From Marsupella aquatica (Eukaryota > Plantae > Marchantiophyta), in the NCBI GenBank assembly GCA_973895155.1, contig OZ316895.1, positions 9,970,184 through 10,034,183 on the forward strand: DNA of 64,000 nucleotides, read 5' to 3'. A program made the position numbers and the translations under genes. Positions within the stretch are counted from its first letter, which is position 1; each line of letters opens with the position of its first letter. Below are positions 54,486 through 64,000 of the stretch, one piece after another. Under the pieces are notes generated by a model. The model had not been told where the DNA came from. It saw only the letters and a program-made list of their open reading frames with translations, and did no database searches.

Positions 54486-56545
54486 ATATAGTGAGACCCC
54501 AAGAATGCTTTGCATGACTATAGGGATAGGGCAGGCTGCAGAGCAACACGCAAACTGAGGTACAACCGGCACACATACCATTGTGGATAGAGATTGCTGC
54601 ATTGTCAGAGCACCAATGTTGTAGCCTCACTTGTGCTAGAGAGTCCAGCAGGCCGGATGAAACTTCTCACCCTAACTATATGATTTGCAATTGATTGCAT
54701 GTCATGTCTTTGTTGAGTGTGGTTATGACCTTGCTCCACTCCCGGTCAAAGGGTTTTATTTGGTATCATCGCCCCCACTTGGACCCCTTAGACAGTCCGT
54801 GGTGCTGCCGCGCTTGGTTGATCTATGCTTTGGCCTTTTGGGTCAGTCTGTTTTCCTCTGTGCCCCATTAATTGTGTCTTTGCCGTCATGGTCGTTGGAA
54901 ACACTGGCCGCACTGCCACTTTTGTTTAAAAATCATTCTAACATAGAGTTAATTTGCTTACATAGAGTATTTTGGGGATTTCTCCACATAACATTTGAGG
55001 TAAGGAAACTATTTGTCAAATTGTCATGTTTTGTGGGAGTAAGGTCTCACTTACTTATAGGAGGGACCTTAATAACAAAGAGGTGACTGTAGACAAAAAG
55101 ATTTGCTCTTGAACAAATCTAAATATACTATTCTGGCCAATGTTAAATATTAGGGGACTTTGTTTCTTCAACTTGATATTGTTTGTGAACCATTGTAATA
55201 TTTTAAAATCCATTTCAGTAACTATGGCAGTGTGAAAAATCCATGGAACAACTCAAGTCCTTGTTTTGTTAATGACATTTTGCAAATGTTTTTCAGTTTT
55301 GTGCGCATGGATACTGGCTATGACACATTTGAAAGTAGAGCAAAATTAAGAGAACAAATTTGTTATGGCTGCACTTCTTATGTATTCTTTCAATATTCTT
55401 GAATGTCCAATTTCCTTACCTTACAAATACCATGATTGCCCAAAAAAGCATGTGAATTATGTGGAGATTTTGAGTGAAAATAGATTCAATCCATATGCAG
55501 CGACTAAAAAGGTAGCTATGTGGCACACTTCAAGCCTAAGATAGCAAAGTGTTAGAACGGTTTAGCTATACGCATGGTGAGCTTGACATACCAGTTTGAG
55601 AATAAATAGAGGTGCAGACAATAACAAATCTTGCAAAAAAACAGAGTCCGTACTATAACAGCCTTATGGTTGCTCCAACCATAAGCAATCTTCCCCAAAT
55701 GGTAATAATAATATTCAGTACTATCGTATCTAGATAAATGAGAAAATAATTAGGGAAATAATTGAGTACCTAAAAGTGTGAGGATCACCGAAAGGGTAAA
55801 ATAGTTTGTTTCTATGTTTCCCCTCAAAAGGATTCCCATGTTGAGAAGGATAATTAATCATTCATTTTTAGAGTTTGGATGAATTGTTTAGAAACCCTTT
55901 TAAAGCAAGAGTAAATTAGTTTGGTGCGGCTTGGTTCCTGTGCCTAAATGCTTATTCCTTTACAAAGTGTGTTCTTCCTTTAGGAAGTGTTGGCCCCACT
56001 TCTATTCCCACATGCTGTTTTTTCTAGTAGACAAGTGTATAGCTTCTAAACTATAGTCAATCCCTTAAAAAAAGGGGCGAGTCTCTCTTAATATGACTTA
56101 GGTTAGGGATACGTAAGTCACTCAAAACCATATTAAACTTAGGAAACAGAACTATGAGCTGTACTTAGTTAAGAGGGGAGGAGGTGAAATGTTTGTTTAA
56201 TTGTTTCTCACACCCCTTGGATTATATCACAGTCTTTGTCATGTGAATAGATAGCTTAGGATCTAGGTATCCATAGTGTATTTGTCACTCCATAAACCTA
56301 GACACTACTTGCTTGGTCTCTTACATTAGGTTTCTTTAGTTTCTCCCATAGCTTTCTTGTCTCATTGTGTGACTCTTTCAGTCTTTCTTCTCGTTGGCAA
56401 TGTAACTTATCTACCTAACTAACTTACTACTAAACCACAATGAGAAAGTAGAGTAAAAAAACAAACACCGGGAAGATCAGAGTGGCCAAAACAAAACAAC
56501 TAGCGCATCTGCAGGTTTCGATATAATAATTTAAAGTTACCAACG

Positions 56546-56996
56546 CACTACGCTAGGCTTGCTGGTAAAACAATTACGATGCCGACAAATATCCTCCCCG
56601 GGCCGGCACAGCTTGTTGTGCCTTTACACTTTACCGTACTGTATGGGGAACCGTATTTTACAACAGTAACGCTAAAGGCTAAAGCGAAAAAGGGCCCCGA
56701 CTGACATGCTGACACCAGGCGTCGTAACGGCACAGCCTCAGCCTTGGGGACGGCGATTCGGGTCGCTCCGTCGCTCGGACTCCTGCCTCGGACCGGAGCA
56801 CGCGAGGACCAGAGCACCGGACCCTCAGTGCTAGGCGGCCAGGCCCCTCTCCTATCGTAAGTGTCAGGGCTTGCCGTTTACACTTTACAGTACAGTGCTC
56901 TTACACTTGGCCCCCTGGTATGGTAAATCACTTGCCTTGGGGCCGTCTTGCATGTAAAAGGCCCTAGGAAAACTGGCTTACTACTCTTGCATAGTG
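56546..56996. mobile_element. Short CACTA-like element or CACTA terminus
   Basis: CACTACGCTAG ... CTTGCATAGTG (9/11 TIR match). GC-rich interior with repeated TTTACACTTTAC. Flanks ACG and AAG are only an imperfect 3-bp TSD. Confidence 0.45.
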
Positions 56997-58427
56997 AAGA
57001 AAAAGTGCAATCTCCACAGAATCAGCTAAATAATGACATATTCAATTGTTTTATTACAAATTTCATTTAAAGGTCGGAACCTGAAGGGAAAGGCCGGAAA
57101 ATTCCAGGCTGTTTCCCTTGAATATACTGCAAACGTGAATATCTTGTTTACTCATAATGTGCTTGAGGGCCTATTTTGAGGACCGTCTACATGCAAGATG
57201 ACCTTTAGTCATAGTCCTTATGCATACGGTTAAGGACCTCGGGTATCCCTTAAATGCAATATAAAGTCAAACATATATATGGTGACTCTATTTCCAGGAG
57301 GCATTTCAGCCCATTAAGGGATTACCCCAGATCGTTAGCTCTTAGTTCAGGTTGTCAAAGACTGATATCCCAAACATTATGCAAACCCAGCTACCCCAGG
57401 GGCAAACTTGATCAGCTACCAGACTGTGTAATGTAAGGTCCAATTTTAATGACATAGAATTTTTGGAAAGAGGGCTTGTGTATCTACTTGTGAGTGATCT
57501 AAAACCTGAAAGTAACCCTAGACCACCTTAATCTCATATATCATACTGCAAGGCAAGAAACCCAAGAAAAAGGGGAAAGCCACCATCAAAGTACCAAATG
57601 GAAGTTCAGCCAATTATCAGGTTGCTCCCCATTTTGTAAACCTGTTAGTTTAAGCAGACCAGACTAACCTAAGATGACAGGTAATGTTTGGCATTGGTAG
57701 ACCTGTGATTTTTACAAGCTAAAACATCACCCTATTCATTAAAACTGGAATTTCTCTAGTCCAGAAGTTGACCTTCAAATTTCTTATTTTACCCCCAAAA
57801 GTTCTATAACTTGTTCCCCAAAAGTATATATTTTAGTGGCCAAATATACACTTTTTGAGGTCTAAAATTACAATTCTAATGCCCAAATTATTAATTAAAT
57901 AATTCAGTTATCAATTATTAATACTTATTAATTAAAAGACAATAAAGTGTTCTTATTATATACAATATAAACAATGAAAAAATAGAATAAGACAATATAA
58001 TAAATTCAAATGACCCGTGATAACCAAGTTACACAAACAGGGAAGGTAAACCAGTGATGTATTATAAAAGTAAAAAACCTATTTTTACAGGGTCGAGACC
58101 ACGTCTGCCCCAATGCAGGCTCTAGATGGTTTTGACCGGTTGTTGAATGTATATCAATTCCTATGTAAAAATCTATGTCGAGATTATCTCGACCCAAATG
58201 TAGGGTCCACATAATTTTGACCCGTTGTTGAATCTATATTTCTAGCTATTCCCTTTGTATAGGGTCAAGACCCAAATAACCTTTTTCTGAGAACATATCT
58301 ACAAGTAAAAGAGGATCAACAGCATCTAGACTCAAATGGATAGTACGCATAGCTTCACTTATTTTTGAGTAAGAATATGTATATCTACAACTCACATTGT
58401 AACTATTCAGTGTAGGGTCGAGATAAT

Positions 58428-59702
58428 CTAGACCCAAATCTCATGCTCCTCCACCCCGCAGAATTCATTTGAGCAAGTAAATCTAGACCCTGACGGGTCA
58501 TATTTCATATCACGATTGCAGAAATTGAGAGGCTTCCTATTCCAGAACTTCGTGGTGAGGTCCCTACACCTCAAGACTTCCGAAACAAATCCCCGATGAT
58601 TGTCTCTGTAGGGTCCTGTGTACTGATATCCAATTAACGTCTTTGCAAGGTCGTTGATCGCCTCCTCTGTCAATTCCTCCATTGGTGGTAATTGTTGCAC
58701 TTCATTCTTGACATCCCAAGGAATTTTGTCCGCTGTGACATCCAAGACTGTATGGATAACTGAATGAACCCATATCATACTACCCCACCGCTCCGTCAAC
58801 AACGCATAAATGGCAGCCTGTTGATCTCTGTCCGCTAAAACATTTATCATAGACCACTTTGGATGATTGATAAAAAGGTAGTGCTGAAGATTGAAGGCAT
58901 GATACAATTTCCTGAGCATAGGCCATAGTATTTCTGGAAAGAATGTATCATCCGTGGAGTGATGCGAAAATGAGGAAGGAAACAACCCACAATTCTCTGG
59001 ATTCGCAAATGCCTTCATTGGAGTGTCATCAAGAAGGAGTATATTAGTTTCGTCGTATAATCCACCATAACGTTTCCAAACCACCCTCAAATCCTTCAAA
59101 TGAATATTTGCCTTCCCATCGGTAATGTCAGGCCTCTGGATTCCAATATCAAATGTATCTTCTTGTGTGAGAATAAACTTGAATTGCTCTCGCTCTTCTT
59201 GACTGAAGATCAAATGAATCATTTCATCCGTCCTGGGTTTCCTTGCACAAGTCCAAATGGCAACATCAAATAATGAAAAAGCTGCGATTAAGAACTCGTG
59301 AAGATGGGGTCGCTCAACATACATAAAGTTAAACCCTCCACGTCTCCCCCAGTGGACACCCTTGACACTTGTTGCACTACGGCGCGGATCGGAACTTGGC
59401 GTTTTGACAGAATCCCAACACATTTTGTTGAGGTCAAGAATCAATAGCTTCCGTCTGATCGGACCGTGAAGTGGAGGCAAGGGTCCTGCAAAGAAGGAAC
59501 ACCAATGTTAGAATTGTGGGAGATAAAACAAAGGAATGCTCGAGACGATCTCGAGCATAACAAGTGAATGAACAACAGTCAACGTCATACCTATTGTTGG
59601 TTGAAGGTCAGTAGTTGAAGAAATCTCAGGACATCTTTGGAGATTATTGTCGACGCACTCCACAACTGGTAAGGGCCCACCTATTTCTGTGAAGGTAGAC
59701 AT
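58428..59702 (-). CDS. FCP1/NIF-like HAD-superfamily phosphatase, 2 exons (59702-59591 and 59485-58428), apparently intact
   Basis: Phase-1 GTATGA...TTGCAG intron joins MSTFTEIG...PTIG to PLPPLHGPIRRKLLILDLN. Family motifs ERPHLHEFL, FDVAIWTCA, LKDLRVVW and NILLLDDTPMKAFANPEN. Cys/His-containing C-terminus. Confidence 0.8.
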
Positions 59703-59756
59703 AATAATTTAGACGGCTGAATTTCAGGACTGTTCAAACTAACTTGGGTTTCAACC

Positions 59757-62700
59757 TCACGTGTTGAAAGACCCAAATTCATTTAGAAGGTTATCTCCTA
59801 GTTGGTTTTGGATGTCCAAATTTATCCCTCCGGGAAGGGTCTCAACAAGAGCTGGCTCAGACCAAACTGGCACTAATTTGAACTTATCCTTCCTATACTT
59901 TCTAGATCGAATAATCTTCTCAGACTGCTCTATACTGACTTGTTGACCTTTTGACAGTCCATCAGTCCAAACATAATGAGTAGCACTTGCTTTGAGTGAT
60001 TTGTAACCAGTTCTACCAATTTTAGTCCCCGGTTTCCTAACAAAAGGGAGAATTACGGGGCTTCTAGTAGAAGAATCTGTGAAAACAAGCTTATTCTCTG
60101 AAGCACAAAACATTTGGTCCAAGGGAGATGACGATGCACCTGCCTCGTCCTGAGGGGGAGTATGGCAGCCACTAGCTTTCTTAGTAGAGAAAATCTCATC
60201 CAGTTGAGGAGGGCTTGGAATTGGTTGGCTAATTGCATCCTGCAAGGTGGATTCCCAGCCAACATCCAAGGTTGAAGACTGTTGTTCATGTTGTGCATCC
60301 CCAAGGCCACCCGATGAAGGAACACCTGGAACGTCGAGAGCATCTCGAGCATCATTTCCAAATTCAGGCAGTATTTCACCCTCCTCTTCCATGTAGCTTG
60401 TGATTTTCGGGCTCTCCATTTTTTGATGCTCTAAATTCTCCGCAAATACTTCCTCATAAACACTGGCTTCCACCGGAGCTATGTCTAAGGCTGCCTCTTC
60501 TATTACAACAAGGGGACCGGCAGTAATTTCCTCAGATGGTAACGGCTCCTTGGGTGGCACATATAAAACCTGCTTGTTGTCATGAAGGAGCTGAGCAAAG
60601 GCTTCTGTGAATTCCATCTCTTGAGCTGTGTCTGAATACACAAAACAATCACGACCAAGAATGACACAAGCTTTCAATGTCTGTCCTCCAGAGAAGAAAT
60701 CCAACACTGTATGACCTGGGCACGAGAAATAATCAACAAGACGCTTTGTCATTCGCAAAGGCTTTGCTCTCGGATCCAGCCACCACGCCGACCACGCCGA
60801 CCGACCATCTCATAAGATGGGGCCATCTTCTCCAAAACTTCGACATCAACAGTGGATTCATCGAGCTTGTCTTTCCCCTTTGATTGGTCTTTGTTGTTCC
60901 CAGTAGGGGCCTTCAAAGGCAAGACTGTGAAGTCTCTGTCCCACTTCTCACTGTAGTTCCAGAACGCATAAAAGTCATCAAAAAAAATTTGGGACTAGTC
61001 TGGTTCCTCTTCACAACAAATTCCCCCAAAGATGATTGAGTCTCGGGCTCCAATGAGAAAATCTCCCTTCTCCTTGGGCAGCTGATCACGGTAGTAGCTC
61101 CCGTACTCCAGCTTTGTGTGGACTTTCTTCTCATGACGAATCTTTTCAAAGGCACTCTGAATCTGGCCTATCAATGGGCCTTGACGGAAAAAAAAGATTA
61201 CTAAGAGCTCTGTCGAGTTCGCCATCTACAAACAATACTCCAGCAAGACAAAAATTTTGGCATCTGTCCACTGCCGTTGTCGAAGACGACCAAAATCGAC
61301 AATGGAGAGTGGGCACGTCCTTTGCACCGAGTCAACAATCTCAGGCTTCATTACATCCTCATCAAATTATCGCTAAAAAATATGCGATAAGTAGTATCCT
61401 CCATTGAAGGCAACCCGCCAAATACCTTGCAATATATCTGCTCAAGCCTAACAATGAGACTTTGCGGAAATGGGTCTTTTGGCCTATTTCTTTTTAGGAG
61501 ATTGGAAATCCAAACCTCTCCAGCAAGTTGTCTAAGTTTCGGCAACTCACCACGATCCATAAATGTAGGCAAAAATTGAGTTAGCTCAAACCAAGTGAGT
61601 GAATTGGCAAACCAATCCGGATACTTCAAAACAAAGTACTCCACAATTTTTGCCCTCAGCTTGGTCATGACTTTGAAAGTATGAGCCATATCACTCATTG
61701 ATTGAACATCAGATTTGTTGGTTGGGTCTTTCTTCAATAAAACCTTCTGTTGTTGAACGGCAGTAAAAACTTTCAGAATGTCGTCACTACTCAGGTCTCC
61801 TTCAAAGCATCTAAACAATGCCGGCGTAATCATTTTTGTTGTCCGGGATTTCCCATTTATTTTTGAACCTAACTCCCCTAGACCATCTGGAAGAAGTCCC
61901 TTGACCCAATCGATGCACATTTGTCTCCAAGTTCGGAAGAGGTTCTCATCCGAAAACAGCAACCAAAAAATATTCCTCAGATCGGATTTTCCAGTCGTTA
62001 TTTTGGCAAGGGCCATAAAATCCCGATCCAAACAGTACAAAGAAAATCTGAGGCTCGAGACGATCTCGAGGTAGAATTAAGGAACTATGGTAAAATTTAT
62101 GGGAAAATACATGAAGATAAATCAAATATAGAAACTTGACCTCGAGGCTCAAGACAATCTCGAGCTAGAAGTGGATTTGAGTTTGAATTTACCTGGAACT
62201 TTTGATGATCCGTTAGTCTATTGGACCCAATCACGGGTCTCTCCGGACGGCCACACTCGTCAAATTGTCGACGGGCATGGACCATAGTATCAAGAAAACA
62301 GGACTCATACTCCATGGTCTTATTAACAGCATTTGCCCTTTGTGAGTGTTGAGCAAGTATTATTCTTGGAGTTCTGTCCGAAAGAATTGCAGACTCTTCG
62401 CGACCTCCTTCAACTTTGCATCGCTCTTAGCCCAACCTATGATCCAAACAACTGCCTTTGCCGAGTGTTGTCCACTGATTGCAAGGAACTGCACCTTCTT
62501 ATTCTTAACACCCCACTCGAACTCCTTTCGATCCTCAGCAGTATTCTCATAATGGAGCAACTGCAAACTCTCTCTTGAATACGGAATTAAATCTGCCACA
62601 GCTGGTACCATTCCAGGGTTTCTAACCATGCATTTTGCGACCTCCATGGCATGGTCTTTATTGAACATCCTATATACCAAAACTGCAGACGGTGAATCTA

Positions 62701-63139
62701 TACTAGTGACAGGGATGTCAAAAGTTTCATTCATGCCAAATGTGTAATACTCCTCAATCTCCTTAAGAACTTCGGCTCCTTCCTTAACGCTCTTTTCTCC
62801 CAGAGCATCTCCTAGAGTGCCATCATCATCGGTATGTGCATTCACACCCGAGGAAGATGCCGGAATGAGATCTACCTTGGGCGGCGCGGACTTTTTTTGA
62901 GGTGGAGCCTTCTTCGCTTTGCTTTCGGGTTTCTCAACCCTCTTCCTCTTTTGAGACACCTTTTCTTCCTTTTTGTCCAAACCTGACGTCTTGTCTCCCG
63001 CAGCTACAGATTTCAATTTACCTGTTTGTCTCCGATGAGACAACACCCACTTTTTACAAGCATCCTTGTCAAATTCTCCGGCTCCAAACACAAAATCAGG
63101 GGATATGGATTCAAACTCCCCCAATTTGGATTCCGACAT
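59757..63139 (-). pseudogene. ParB/Srx-like domain fused to a beta-class DNA N4-C/N6-A methyltransferase-like domain, disrupted
   Basis: QFLAISGQHS ParB-like signature at about 62462-62490. DPRAKPLRMTKRLVDYFSCPGHTVLDFFSGGQTLKACVILGRDCFVYSD (about 60630-60778) matches the HPxxKP...LI...S..GD.VLDPF.GSG...GR motif X-I-II block. Intron 62192-62023. Frameshifts at about 62400, 61370 and 60790. Stops at 61226-61228 and 60995-60997. Confidence 0.72.
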
Positions 63140-63187
63140 TAGTCTCAAAACCTCCACGTGAAAGGAGTCGTGAATGCATCATCACGA

Positions 63188-63690
63188 TCAAACCCATATA
63201 TACTTTCGACAATAAAGGAATCCAAAAATTATGTCCGCTCCAGATATAGGAGTATCTTCTAGCAAATTACTTGTAGTAAAACCCTCGGGGAAGAACCCCA
63301 TTGATATCACGCTCAGTTGTTTCCTGGCTGCACGTTCAATGTTAAGATCGTAAGAGTAGTTTTTGGCGTGAAGTCTAATTAGAGCCCACTTCCCTGTCTT
63401 GTGGTTCTCCACCGTCAAAACCATGTCCTTACCGTTACTCGTCACAATAGAAACAATAGGCCCTAGAAGGCTGCACACTAGAGGATTGATTGATGGAGAC
63501 CCCGTCTTCACACAAATAATAGTTCTTTCCATGTCTTCAGTTTCAGCAAGCTCAATGGCCCAACAGAATCCAAATAAATCCTGTCCAGGGCAGGAAACCT
63601 CGATTGCATGTTCATCTTTGACTACCAAATTAGGCAATCCCAATTTTGCACCTGGTACAACCAAAATATAGCAATTGTCAGAAACATGTA
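63188..63690 (-). CDS. Last exon of an unknown protein upstream of the ParB-MTase gene
   Basis: About 165 open codons after a TTTTGTAG acceptor at about 63691. It ends about 50 bp before the next ATG. No recognisable motif. Confidence 0.45.
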
Positions 63691-64000
63691 CTACAAAACC
63701 AATAAACAAATAGGTGGCTCGAGATGATCTCGATCTTCCTTTTAAGTTTAATAGTCTGACATGTTCCAATGCCATTTCATCCGTGGAATTTAAAAAAAGA
63801 TTTCAAACCCAAGAAATCTAAAAAGATAACACAATAGTTAGGAAACACAATAGGCTCGAGATGATCTCGAGCCACCATCTGTTAAAAAGATCTCGATCCT
63901 CATATATATCAATTGAGGTTTTATTCCATTGCATATCATGAACCAGTCAAATTTAACGAACAACATTTTCAAGAATGATCCAATGTCACCTATTCGACCA

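Larger units (their letters stand above)
58177..63873. repeat. Dispersed spaced palindrome TCGAGA-N3-TCTCGA, about 9 copies
   Basis: Copies at 58177-58193, 58203-58223 (degenerate), 58415-58435, 59536-59558, 60334-60348, 62054-62070, 62147-62165, 63718-63734 and 63853-63873. Confidence 0.88.

Noticed and set aside
54003-54630. Gly-rich ORFs of 159-199 aa
   Set aside because: They span the GC-rich MITE and cross its TSD boundaries.
58100-64000. Bacterial or phage contamination
   Set aside because: The genes have GT-AG-type introns and pseudogene lesions and are contiguous with plant transposon DNA. A misjoin cannot be fully excluded without reads.

Overview
Eukaryotic land-plant nuclear DNA, probably a bryophyte or other non-seed plant (inferred from intron style, long leaders and an MCCxxC HMA motif; not proven). 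Host genes are ATG3 (10305-13743,+), a plastid pyruvate kinase beta subunit (23800-28689,+), a disrupted ATXR2-like SET/MYND gene (33231-37945,+) and an HMA-domain gene (about 42982-44450,-). They lie among two decayed Ty1/copia elements, CACTA, MITE-like and SINE-like elements, and several minisatellites. The most unusual region is the last 6 kb (58.1-64 kb, minus strand), a compact intron-containing cluster. It holds an unknown ORF, a now-disrupted gene joining a ParB/Srx-like N-terminal domain to a prokaryote-type beta-class DNA amino-methyltransferase fold, and an apparently intact FCP1/NIF-like HAD phosphatase. About 9 copies of a spaced palindrome TCGAGA-N3-TCTCGA run through this cluster, and I saw none elsewhere in the window. 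It looks like cargo of an uncharacterised large mobile element that continues past the window end. All calls were made by eye and no searches were run.
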